A stretch of 63,862 nt of DNA, filler included, from Choristocarpus tenellus KU-1152 (taxonomy: Eukaryota > Protista > Phaeophyceae), in NCBI GenBank assembly GCA_964200185.2. It is 10 parts of 10 records of this genome, joined end to end, with 100 filler letters (N's around TTAATTAATTAA, not from the genome) between each part and the next. Parts side by side here need not be neighbours in the genome. Positions count along the whole stretch, not along the records: positions 40,566 to 55,254 come from CAXNAD020001137.1; positions 55,355 to 60,400 come from CAXNAD020012058.1; positions 60,501 to 63,862 come from CAXNAD020020534.1; 7 more parts are not named here. One strand, given 5' to 3'. Below, piece after piece: positions 52,571 through 63,862 of the stretch (positions are counted from its first letter, which is position 1; each line of letters opens with the position of its first letter). The position numbers and the translations under genes were made by a program. Below the pieces are notes generated by a model. It was given only the letters and a program-made list of their open reading frames with translations, searched no databases and was not told where the DNA came from.

Positions 52571-54852
52571 ATGAAGGTGTGGCGAACTTGTGCCTGTGTT
52601 GGGGCCAGCACATCGCTTTGCTTCGGTACCGCTCGCTCTTGGATTATTGGTAGTGGTGCAGTAAATGCCCGCTACTCCTTACCCACCAGAGTCCATGTTC
52701 ACCAGGCCAATCCAGTTGTCTCCAATGTTCAACGTACGTCGGTAACCATGAGCAAGCCTTTGACAGGAAAGTATCAACGAGGTTTTCCCTTGGTACCCAG
52801 AGGTCTACTTGTAAGAAAACGTTTGTCTTCCTTCCTTCGGTCTTCTAGGCCGGATGATGACTTGGACGTTGATGAAGACTTCGAGGAGTATGATGATGAT
52901 GAGGAAGTTGAGGGAGACTACGACAACGATGAGCTGGACAGGTGACTCTTTGGTGATGCTTTGGGAGTCGAGTGCCAAGGTTTCTGTTTCATCTCTGTCT
53001 GCGAATTTCGCTTGTAGTTCTAGGAGATTCCCGAGTCCTTTGCCTCTGTGTTTGACGTGCAGACGATTGGGTCTCCAACGTGGATTTCAAGAGGGATGGG
53101 TATATTGGCAAGACCATCAGACTCTACATTTTAAGAGATTTGCTCAATCCTCAGAATTCATGCCCGAGACCCGCCTATCTTGATTACGCGAAAGCTGACG
53201 GGGAGAAAATTGGACATGACACATAATCTTCGTGAGTACAACCTGTGAAAAACAAACATCTCCCTGCTGTTTTGGCATGCCTGGAAGGCGGAAGCGTACC
53301 TTTACTGTGATAAGAAATAGAAAGGGAGCCGGTCGAGGCCAGGTGCTAATCCTGCACCTGCCTGCAACGGCTGCTTCCAAGTGTTTGAACAAGGTACATG
53401 CTCTTGACGTCACAACCAGCATGTGAAGCATTTCATGCTTACCCTTCCCTACTGCAATTTTGATTCCATCCTCTCTCGCGTTCCAGGGGTATGGTGAAGC
53501 GGCTTAGGCGAACATCATCACTTTTTAAGCAAGTGAGCATATTTTGATCCTCTGCAGTTCTTTTGCTGGTTGCAATTCTTCTCTCAAGTCTCAGGTCTCA
53601 TGCAATGTAATCCTAGCTAAATTGTTGTGTCCTTATGCCTCAATGGGGCAGATGTAAAACCTCTTTTTTCATTCAGCTGCCTTGGTGCTGCACCATCTTA
53701 ATATATTAGCGAATATATGCAGCAACAGCCTTCCCCACCACCGTTCTCTTGCGGGTAATATCACAATGTGTTTCTACACATAGGACACCTCCACACTGAA
53801 AGTAAATCAGCAGTATTGAGAACAATGCTGTGCCCAGATTTGGTAAATATATCCAACAAGAAGGACACAGAGTGGTTGGTAAGACAAACTGTACCAGATC
53901 CTTTTCTTTAATAGACATGGACATAGCAAGAGGTGTTTTCCTCGCCCTTTCCACCCTGGTGCTGTTTGACTCATTCCCCCCATGCGATGGCTCTGCTAGG
54001 TGAGTTGGGTGTCGTGGTGGTGTCAGACCATCCTGTCAACAGTGGCATTTATCATCTTGCTTTTCTCCAACGCTGTCTCTGACCGGAGGGCAAGGGGAAA
54101 CATCTTTGGCAACGGTGTAGCATTCGCCATGATTAGCTTGGCCATGTCTGGTGCAAGCATCTTTTGGTGAGGATGGAACCGTGTACACCAATCAGAGGTC
54201 TGCATCGGCTGTCATTGTATGTCTTCGCATCACAAATTATTATTAATTATTATTATTGCAATCATTGCAGTCAAGGGCCAACATTTCCGTTGCCTGTGGC
54301 AAGGAAAGGTTCATTGAGAGTAGCCGTTGATGTGTTTGTTTTTGTTCGTCATTGCCCTCTCCCGTGTGCCCAAGTGCTTCTGTGTTGTACTCTCTCTCTC
54401 TGTTTTGTTGCCTTGATTGGTGCAGAAATTAAGTATCTATTTGAGTACATCATCAGTCATCAGTCATGATAATTTGTAACGCTCGCAAGGCGTAACTGTA
54501 ATAACTATTGGAAAGAGAAAATTGCAAGCTTTTGCTTGTACCCGTCAGTGGTGGCTTTGACTGAGCACTTCATGAGAACTGCGCCACGGAAGGCAGACAC
54601 CCTTGAATAGCTGCATCCAAAATGGATCTGAAAACGACGCACTGCAGAAAGCTGTGTAGCCTTAGAGTGACTTGTTGTAGATGCCACAAGTTTTTGTAGC
54701 TGCTGAAATGTGGAAAGGAACATAGCCACAAGCAGAGTTTTGACAAAGTGCAAGGTAAGTGCATCTCTGTGATGACTTTGGCAATGATGATGTTGAGCCT
54801 GTTGATCTTGAGAGAGGAACCTCAAAGGCAGAAGCAAACTGTGCCAACGCAG
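52571..54852 (+). CDS. Hypothetical, possibly plastid-targeted membrane protein; exon structure only partly resolved
   Basis: First exon has a signal-like start, a basic S/R-rich stretch and an acidic tract. Later AG/GT-bounded frames read TILSTVAFIILLFSNAVSDRRARGNIFGNGVAFAMISLAMSGASIF (~54027-54166) and SVMTLAMMMLSLLILREEPQ (~54766-54852). Confidence 0.55.
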
Positions 54853-55354
54853 GTAGTGTGATCAGACTCTTCCCTACCCTAGTCTCAAGGGGTTGTACCC
54901 TGTGGCATTCTAAGCACAGAGGTTTAGGCAACAGCAGGCTGTAGAATGCAAAAATGCAGCTTGATTAGTTGGTGTCCTTGATGTAATTATTGAAGACCAG
55001 AGAGGATCAAAGGGCCCTTCACCTCACATTTGACCTGCCCAACCTAATAGGTTCTCCACATTTAGGGAGACCGAAGAAGCTTGCCTTGAGTATTAAGAGT
55101 GAGGGAGAGTGCAAGCTCATGATGCATGAAGGCTTAAAAAAGAGGGGGAAAATGGATTATATGCTTGGGTAGACCATAACCATGCTAACCATGCAAAGCT
55201 CCTGGACCACTCACCATTTTTCTCCTGGTCCCCCCTTCGTATATATTCTTGTCCNNNNNNNNNNNNNNNNNNNNNNNNNNNNNNNNNNNNNNNNNNNNTT
55301 AATTAATTAANNNNNNNNNNNNNNNNNNNNNNNNNNNNNNNNNNNNNNNNNNNN

Positions 55355-55500
55355 GCCAATATTACATCAAAATCGCAACATTATATTTTGACCCCCAAAT
55401 GGACGCAGCTCTACCCTCTAAGATACTTTGGCTCAAATCGCAACATTGGATTTTGGCCCCCATATGGACGCGGCTCTACCCTCTAAGATAATTTGGCTCT
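55355..55500 (-). mobile_element. Two tandem terminal fragments of MITE family A
   Basis: AAATCGCAACATT...GGACGCRGCTCTACCCTCTAAGATAMTTTGGCTC occurs twice. Confidence 0.85.
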
Positions 55501-57499
55501 CAAAAACGTTGCCTATATCCCCCAATCACGCTATGGATGAATCACTATGAATCTTTATCGTCAACCAACGAAACTTCAACATAACACGACATATACATGG
55601 TGTAACTGACGTGGCAACAGGACACAGATTAGGACGGATGAGGATATCTATGCAAACTTCAGGGAGAGATTCGAGCTGGAGGGGACGTCAGGACCAATAC
55701 CCTATCTGTCGACATTCGTGAAGAGGAGACCGTTCCACATCACTAATGCCACGCCAAGGTGTATGCAGAAATAGTCTTTCGATATTTTGGACGCACGCTA
55801 CAGTGGAATTTGGGTAAGTCCATGGTTCCTAACCGCCACAAACTACCCAGTCACATACCGCATAATCTGTCTCCACACACAGAGCGTGCTAAACCACCGT
55901 CTCCCTCCCTCCACTCTTCCACATTCTACATATCATGCGTTTGAATTCACCACATGACCACCGACCTTCAGGTTCAGTCCCTAAGAGAGAACTGGAAGAA
56001 GTACATGCAAGGACGATCATTGGCAATGATGGACAACGCGCTTGCACATGCACATATGCGCATTCTGTGACAAAGGCAAAGGATGCGGCCCTGAAAAAGT
56101 AGAGGCCACACTCGAAAGTGCTGCTGCTGATATGATGGCCTTCTTGCTGTACGTTTCTGTGGGAAACCACACCCACGCTGTGGATAATGTGTCAGCACGA
56201 CAAGCTGGAGCAACAAGCAAATAATCAACCCACTATAGAAACGCAAATTACTACAAACCCGCTCTCAAACCGTTTCACCCCATCCTTGACACATGTGGCA
56301 GTTACAGCCGGACTTCACTAGTGACATGTGATCCAATACTCAGACCTCTGCACTGACACCAAAAACCACATTTGGACTAATCGAAACAAAACAGATGCGA
56401 GAGGACCGTGATGGAGCCCCTAAGTGAACTGTCATCTGGCGGTTCCTTGGGCAATTACAAAAGTTCTTATGTCGACGGTACCTGTGACAACGACGAGACA
56501 TCACAGGGTCTATGGACAAGCACAACCAGAGGCAAAAGGGGAGCGAGAGTCTCCTTTGGGCGAACGTATAGTGTATATTTTGAGTGGGTCACGACGTTTT
56601 TGTCCAATAACGGGCAGATACTCCCACCCACACCACCGGGCATTTGCAACTATATCGCAACAAAGCCTGCTTCACTACGACTTATCACTAGCTGTAATGC
56701 TTGAAACGCGACCACTTGGCCCCTTCAATGCAGGTGCTGTACCCACGGATGGAGGGATTCTCTACACTCCTAAAGGTTATCTTTGCAAACTTTGACAAGA
56801 GCTTTTTCCTGCATCACAACACCACCATTTGGCAGACGCAACAATACAAACACTGCAAATCCCTCCTCCCCAAAGGCCACGCAGCCATGTCCATGGCCTT
56901 CAGCGCCCACCTTCAACACATCCGCCAAGACTTGACACAACAAGAGTTCTTCAATCTATTCCTCATGGTGCTTCTGACCGTTGTCTGGTCGTTGAGGGAT
57001 CTCAGGGAAGAGGCAAATCTTGGAAAGGGAAGGGTGTGGTCTCACAGCATTATGGTGTGTAGTGACGATCGAAGTCAAGACAACGAAATTGTCCAGAATG
57101 CCGTGGAGATGTTTGTCAAAGACCACCTAATACCTCTAGCCCAGGAATACGGACAGACCCTAGAGGTCCTCCACATCTGGTCCGATGGCTGCGGAAGTCA
57201 GTTCAAGAATAAATGGCAGATGTGGTGGTTTCTCAGTCCTTAGCACGGATGGGAATTTCCGTAATATACAACTTCTTTGTCTCCTGTCACGGCAAGTCCT
57301 TGTTCGATGGATTCGGGGCTGTGGTGAAGTCTGCTGCCAGGAGGCTGGAGCTAGACGGGGTACACATGCCAGAAACCTCATCCCTCGTTGAGGCAATCAA
57401 GGCAACCAAACACAATACACCTTGAGGGATCCGACACCAGAGGAAGAATGGCGCTGCTGCATAGGCCACAGGGTTTCTCCCGGACAGGCGATTGTGACA

Positions 57500-58485
57500 A
57501 AGGTAGTCACCCTCCACATGACGGTCCCCTCCACTCACAATAATCGACCTCTATTTGCCACTGGCGACAACCCTAACCTGTGCGCCCCTTGTCCACCCAT
57601 ACACTAAACATACAATAGATGTCGTTGCAAACTATGTCACATCCGTAACTCCCTTACGTCGACACCGTGCACAGCATAAGAATCGTACATACGCACTTGA
57701 GCGAAAGTATCTTAGAGGGTACGATTTTTGCCCTGTTTGTCTATTTGGGGCTTGGCTTCCCACGAGTTTTACTATAACATTTTTTACCTACTCCAAAATG
57801 TTTCGGAGTAGGTAAAAAATGTATACTGTGTAAGAAGGTGTGTCCAGAAGGAGGATATTGACATCTCCTAACAAACATGATAGCCAAAATTACATCAAGA
57901 ATGCAACAATGGGTTTTGACCCCCACATGGACACGACTCTACCCTCTAAGATACTTTGGCTCCTTCTCAATCGACCGCAGACTGTTCGTGCACAATTGCA
58001 AATCATCGCCCCTTATTTTGCGTAAGTTTGCCAACCGTCAAACTAACCCAAAACTCAAAGTTACTATTTCCTTTCCTGTATCAACGTCTGCCATGTACCT
58101 GACACTTGTTATAGGAAAAGGTAGCACATATACTACATGCACAGTCGCCCCCACTCACAAAAATCGACCCATATTTGCCCCTGGCGAAAGACTCCCCCCT
58201 CCCGCCCCTTGTCCATCCATGCACTAAACACACAATATGTACTGTTGCAAATTATGTCGCATCCGTGCGTTCCCTTTACGTCAACACCACGCGCAGTGTG
58301 AGAATCGCACATACGCACTTCTCAAATAACCGCAGACTGTCCATGCACACTTACAATCATCGCCCTCTATTTTGCATAAGTTTACCAACCGTCAAACTCG
58401 CACAAAACTCAAAGTTATTGTTTTCTTTCCCATCTTAACGTCATTCATGTACGAAACACTTGTTACAGGAATAGGTAGCACATAT
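57500..58485. repeat. Tandem duplication (~360-bp unit) inside the transposase relic; the first unit carries a MITE
   Basis: CCACTCACAAWAATCGACC...CACTAAACA...ATACGCACTT...ACCGCAGACTGT...AAAACTCAAAGTTA...GGTAGCACATAT occurs twice. Confidence 0.85.
57699..57962 (-). mobile_element. MITE family A, full copy with an empty-site control
   Basis: CTT|GAGCGAAAGTATC...GATACTTTGGCTC|CTT. The paralogous unit at 58311-58325 reads ATACGCACTTCTCAA without the element. Confidence 0.95.
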
Positions 58486-59829
58486 CATCCCGAAGAGAAT
58501 AGCATCACATCCCCAATCGGTCACAAGACGCTGCCTCAGTACCAACACTGACTCCAACATGTACTAACCTTGCCCATATATACACACAATCACTATACAC
58601 CTTAGGGTTGGACGGATAGGGACGTTAGACTGCACAGTAACACGTCTACGAAACTTCTATACGTCGACACATTCAGAATCCAGGAGATAGTCCACTTTCG
58701 GACTTACAAGATCGACCGTGCAGGACGACACAACCCACGTGTCCCCAACCTCAGTGACATAAAGTCCATGCACAGGTTCTTCATTGGTCAGCACACCACC
58801 GGAGACTCCCGTACATTGATATACACCGAGTTGTCATGCTACTGCACGAACTGTTCCATAGGCAATCTAGCCCAATGCAGGTGGCAACTAACCCACATGC
58901 CCCCGCTTAAGGAGACAGACCTCGGACTTCCACAGAAACAGGAATGAGCGATATGTATCTGAGGAGTCACCTGTCGAGGAGGAAGGGACAGCTCGCTGCG
59001 GGAAACATATGTATTGTTCGGACACAGCCATCGGAGTACAATGGTATAGAGTTCTTGTCATTCACTGTACACCGCAAGGACACGATTAAATGGAACGCCA
59101 GGGATCACTCCAGCTATGGAGGGATATTCAGTGCTGGAGATGAGGTGGTCTTTGTCACTGAAGCGTTTGAGGTGTTGAGTGCCATCTTTGTTGATGGAGT
59201 GCCAACTATTCGCATGTCACGGATGGACAAGGTGAGAAACGCTTTTGTTGTTAGTAAGAGAAAATGCTCCACACGAATCAATCAATGCTGTTGATAAACA
59301 GACGTTATATATCCCCAAATGTCCCCTTATGTACAAATAATATCCTCCCATAAGATCCAACAATAACCTTCAAACCACAATTGTTCTAAGTGTAATTTTA
59401 TTCTCCTACTCAACAACCACAACCGTAAACTTTCACAGAATATTTTACAACTTCATAGAGCCAGAACCGTATCCCATGCCTTTGTTTCGCTACCTAAGGG
59501 TATCCTATATCCTAAATAATACTCTCCATCCCTCACAACCAAAACAAACACCTATACAACCAAACAAGGTTGACACACGCAAACACATGCCCATAGTCCC
59601 ATACACCAACACCGCCCCTAAAATGAAAATCTTCGTGATGTTGCAGGACGAACAACTGGGTCCCGCATTTTGCCTCTTCAGGCTATCATCATCCCAGACT
59701 CCACAACCACCTGCACAACACACTCACGATCCTGCCTGGTCAATATCAGAGGTTCACCTCAGAATCCAACCGGCAATCCCTTGGTGGGATTCCTGCTCGC
59801 TTCTCAAGGCAACTCACGCTTGGGGATAC

Positions 59830-60300
59830 AGCCGATGCCAGGTTCGGTCGAGGAACCAGCTTCATTCTATGCGTGAGTAGGGGGGCTATCGTACAGGGGA
59901 AGGTCAGCGATGTTCACGTAGACGGTTCAGGGGCGTACCTTTACTCAGTGTCCTACCTTCCAGACGATGGCGAGAAATCTTTGCCCCCTCAACTGAGGTC
60001 GTACATGACAGAGAGGACGAGATCGAGGAGGGTGTCGACCAACTTTGGGAGAAGAACAAGAGGGACAGTGACGAAGCTGCAGCCCAGTATGTCAGACAAT
60101 GCTGCCGGTCGATTGTTGGCATTCAGCGGAAGCGTAGGGACATGGAGAAGGATACATAGAAATATATTCTCCTTGAACCGACACTGAGGGCTGTGCTGGA
60201 TTTAGATGAGGGAGAAACACTCAATGCCAATGACAAGGGCAGGAGCCTATACTTCAGATAGGACGATCAGTAGATGCGAGGGAACGTGACCTATTACCTG
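59830..60300 (+). pseudogene. Decayed accessory ORF of unknown function (Tudor/SH3-like pattern), homologous to 62107-62620
   Basis: GKVSDVHVDGSGAYLYSVSYLPDDGEKSLPPQLRSYM...KGRSLYFR*DDQ*MRGNV, with stops and frameshifts. Confidence 0.6.
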
Positions 60301-60500
60301 TTGAGACCTGAATCGAATGCATCGTACATGTAGGTAAAAAACGTAGACTACTAGCTATGAGGAATCATGGTATTGCGAAGCACCGATGAGTGATATGCGT
60401 NNNNNNNNNNNNNNNNNNNNNNNNNNNNNNNNNNNNNNNNNNNNTTAATTAATTAANNNNNNNNNNNNNNNNNNNNNNNNNNNNNNNNNNNNNNNNNNNN

Positions 60501-60592
60501 GTAGCTGGGGGGTGGGGGTGGTTTGTGAGGGGGCGTCCGAACCTAAACGGACGCCCCCTCACAGACCACCACCCCCCAAGATACTTTGACCC
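60501..60592. mobile_element. Short hairpin MITE (family B-like), clipped by the contig start
   Basis: GGTGGTTTGTGAGGGGGCGTCCG-loop-CGGACGCCCCCTCACAGACCACC, then AGATACTTTGACCC. Confidence 0.75.
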
Positions 60593-60989
60593 AGTCACCG
60601 CCCTTTTATGATGTAGTGAGTCAAAGTATCTAAGAGGGTACAGGATTTACCCTGTTTTTCCATTTGAGGTCTGCAATGTTTAGGCGATCTAGGACTTTTT
60701 CATGCGTTTTTTTCGTTTTCCCTGCCTAATAAATTGTCAAAATATATGCAAATTACGATTTAAAAGCAACTGTCTTCATTTCTTCCCTCAGATAGACATA
60801 GAAATGCACATGAAAATTTGCTGTTGGGTACTATTTGGGTATCATATCATGGATGAAGTGTTTGGTGGTGGTCCAAAACTAGATACATTTGAATCCATTG
60901 GCGTTTTTATAAGTGTTAGAGGATGTGTACTGAAAAGATCTCCTGGTGCCGTATCAGTGTTACTCTGGATTGACCCCAATGTTTTGGGG

Positions 60990-61980
60990 GAAGAGTGTCC
61001 TCTTTGTGCGCCAAAGCTCTGAGCGTAAACGTCTTACGCGTCTTAATGTAAACCATAAAGTACCAAACATAAACCTGCCATCAGCCCCCAGGCTGATCGA
61101 TATACAGTATCAAGAAACAGAATATCTCAAAACTTGGGGGGCACAAGAGGGCACTCTTCGTACAAAACCAGAAGCGTGGGGATGGACACGATACAGCGTC
61201 GCCCAAATTGTAGTTGATAAAGTAAGGGGCAAGGAATCGAGAAAAATGTGAGAGACAGACGCACAATATAATATAACTGCCGTCATCTCACTACACATAC
61301 TAGAATGTTGTCCAAAATATATCTCTATGTACCTCTCTTGGATAAATTGTACGCACATCACTTCATCACGACCAAATCCGGTTCCAGCAAAAAGAGGAGA
61401 GAACTTACTAAAACGATGTGCACACAAAGGAAGTAAAAATGTACCGATACGAGATCAAATTTGGAAACTTCTCATTGTAGAACCCAAACACTTTTTTGTG
61501 CCAAAGCTACGAGTGTAAACGTTTCTGTCTTTTGATCAAAACCAACGAAATACCAAGCAAAACCTGTCATCATCCCCCAGGCTGATAGATATACAGTATC
61601 AAGACAGAACCTCTCAAAATTCAGGGGGCACAAGAGGACACCCTTAGTACAAGACTTAGGGTTAGTGGGGATGGACATGATCCCATCGTCGCCCAAATTG
61701 TAGTTGATAAAGTAAAGGCCAAGGAATCGAGTAGAATGTGAGAGACAGACACACACACAATGTAATGTAAATGTCATTATCTCAATATAAATACCAGGAC
61801 GATGTCTATAATATATCTATGTATCGCTCTTGAATAAATTGTACGCACTTTCACACTTCATCACACGAACAAATCCGGTTCCGGCAAAATGAGGGGAAAA
61901 CTTACTGAAATGATATGCACACAAGGGAAGTAAAAATGCATCGATCTGATATCAAATTGGAAACTTCTCACTGTAGCACC
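60990..61980. repeat. Tandem duplication, ~495-bp unit, two copies
   Basis: CCAAAGCT...CCCCCAGGCTGAT...CGTCGCCCAAATTGTAGTTGATAAAGTAA...CAAATCCGGTTCC...TGGAAACTTCTCAYTGTAG occurs twice. Confidence 0.9.
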
Positions 61981-62106
61981 AAGCCTTCCCGCTTCTACTA
62001 ATCAAACGTTCACCCTTATTGTCCAGAACCAGCTTCCCTGAGTTGCTCCTTGTCAGATGTAATATCTTTCAGACAAAAGCTGGACATTCCGCACCTGGCC
62101 TTCATC

Positions 62107-62620
62107 CTATCTGACCTCGTAAGGGTAGTTGACTGGCCCCTGTCCATGGTCAACCACATACCCGTGTTGGTGTCTTGACACAGGGCCTCTCATCCACCAC
62201 TCTTCATCCCGGAAGTACAATCCCCTGCCCTCAGCACCACGAAAAAGGGTAGTCTCTTCCAGAATGGGCACAACCTCGTACCTAGATTGTTCGAGGATGT
62301 ACTTTCCCGTTCTTCTCTCATTTTCCATCCGCCTACGTTACCTTTCTTTCCACTCTCTGCGTTGAGCTTGGAGTGTTTCGCGCTCCCTGTTCCCCTTCTC
62401 TTGCAAAAGTTGGACGCCCTCCTCGACCTCTTCCTCCAGCATATGCGGTTGTAGCCCTCGGGGCAAGGACTGTTCTCCATGTTCGGCCTTGTATCCCACA
62501 GAGTACACCAATCTTTCTTCGTCATCAACGCCCACATCGTAAATTCTCCCCCTGATGACGACATCACAACGGCCAGGTAGTATGAATTCTGTCCCTCGTC
62601 CAAACTTGGCGTGGGATGTA
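62107..62620 (-). pseudogene. Accessory ORF homologue (one in-frame stop at 62338 plus a frameshift)
   Basis: GRIYDVGVDDEERLVYSVGYKAEHGEQSLPRGLQPHM...EGRGLYFRDEEWWMRGPVSRH aligns by eye with 59830-60300. Confidence 0.65.
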
Positions 62621-63677
62621 CCCCCACGCGTTCGGTTTTGGAGAAGACTACTGGAGGTCCCCCTAGGGTCTGTCGGTTGGACTCCGCGGCGAACCTCTGG
62701 TACTGACTCGGGAAGATGGTGTAGGTGTTGTCAACCTCATTGTAGGGAAGCTGGAGGAACTCAGGGATGATGATTGTCTGGAGTGGGACAACACGGGGAT
62801 GTGGTTATGTTACAGACTGGAAGTCTCTGTAGGACCTCCATGTTACAGCGTGCCCCTCAGAACTCACCTCCACAGGATATGCAACTCAAACCCAATGACC
62901 TTAAAACTACGCTACGCGGGGGTTCACAGATGATGACCACGTGCGGTGTTAGTTAATGCTTAGCTCAATCAATGTCTCATTTTCGCTTTGTCAAAAGAAG
63001 TAAGGATCAAAGAACTGAGTGTGTGGTCACCAGCACTCAGCCTTTTATTAACATCATTCATCATTTTTCTACAGCCAAAGAGTTAAATGAAGTCTGAAAA
63101 CTGCTATTTAGATACTTCAATCATGAATCTTTAATCTGCAACTTTCAGGAATTGACACCTATTCTGTATGATTATGTGTGCATTTCAAATCTTACTCTGC
63201 ATCTTCAATCAATTCAAAGTTCCTCTTACATGAGTTCTTACGTATGTATACTGTTTGCGCATTTTGGCACGCAGAAAGAAATGCTCGCGCTATTCGCCTG
63301 TAACAGTTGTGCGTCCTGTTGTGGGCAGGGCACAAATTCGAGCCGGGGGGGAGGGGTTGGAGTGGAAAAAGGGGTGAAACCTGGGCAAATGCATTGTTCA
63401 ACCGAATATTGAGGGGATGGCAAAGGTAAGTCATTTTGATGGAATATTTCTTTGTTGCTGCGATCCGCCGGAGAATGAGCTGCATGGTCCCGTCTCTCCC
63501 GCTCCCGATTCGCCAGATCCTGTAGGAACAGTTTCCTCTTGTCCGCGAAAGACTTGTGTGTTTCTTTCTTGGACTTGTACCTCTGGGCTTGCCTTGACAG
63601 GACCGGTTCGTATTTGTGGTGATCTCATCTTCTAGGAGGCACACATCTGGTGCAATGCCCGCAAGGACGGAGAGAAT

Positions 63678-63790
63678 AAGTATCTTAGAAGGTAGAGCCG
63701 CGTCCATTTGGGGGCCAAAATCCAATGTTGCAATTTCGATGTAATTTTGGCTATCATATTAGTTAGGAAGTGTCAATATCCTTGTTCTTG
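63678..63790 (+). mobile_element. Truncated MITE family A
   Basis: AAGTATCTTAGAAGGTAGAGCCGCGTCCATTTGGGGGCCAAAATCCAATGTTGC... Confidence 0.85.
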
Positions 63791-63862
63791 ATGTTCGTTG
63801 ATAGTGCTGCTGATACACTATAGACACCACTGGTGGATTATGTGATAGGGTAGAGGGCCAGT

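Larger units (their letters stand above)
56400..59294 (+). pseudogene. Decayed, interrupted Sola2-like (DDD) transposase
   Basis: WQTQQYKHCKSLLPKGHAAMSMAFSAHLQHIRQDLTQQEFF (DF.ENY-like, D replaced by A); CSDDRSQD; HIWSDGCGSQFKNK; frameshift at ~57240; YNFFVSCHGKSLFDGFGAVVKSAARR; C-terminal IKSMHRF...LSCYCTNC....AQC at ~58760-58880. Confidence 0.8.
60618..62700 (-). mobile_element. Probable 3' arm of a long element with a family-A-type TIR, subterminal repeats and an accessory ORF
   Basis: GAGTCAAAGTATCTAAGAGGGTACAGGATTTACCCTGTTT matches one MITE-A end for ~50 bp and then diverges into unique sequence. Confidence 0.55.

Noticed and set aside
53063-53183. RLGLQRGFQEGWVYWQ frame resembling a helicase C-terminal motif
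   Set aside because: An alternative open frame reaches the next donor site, and downstream exons exist. The real frame cannot be decided without transcripts.

Overview
This is eukaryotic nuclear DNA, not a prokaryotic locus. The intron-rich genes and complex-plastid-type presequences suggest a photosynthetic stramenopile, probably a brown alga or relative (inference). The window is an artificial concatenation of ten contigs joined by 100-bp N/TTAATTAATTAA/N linkers, so no linkage can be inferred across those joins. Spliced host genes read by hand: the 5' part of a TLC/NTT ATP/ADP transporter, a DCAF4-like WD40 gene, a multi-C2 ferlin-like gene, part of a soluble-adenylyl-cyclase-like gene, the 5' part of a PWI-domain RBM26/27-like gene, a complete 7-exon phosphate-carrier-like SLC25 gene with a long plastid-type N-terminal extension, and a divergent membrane-protein gene. 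The rest is rich in mobile DNA: Ty1/copia remnants, a pogo/Tigger relic, Sola-like transposase relics and several MITE families. The most notable pattern is a transposon system in which three MITE families share the terminal core CAAAGTA...TACTTTG (outer bases mostly GAGY) and carry either 3- or 4-bp target-site duplications. One insertion is supported by an empty site in an adjacent tandem repeat. The same terminus caps a long element whose unknown accessory ORF has a homologue downstream of a decayed Sola2-like transposase. All family assignments come from motif recognition, not database searches.
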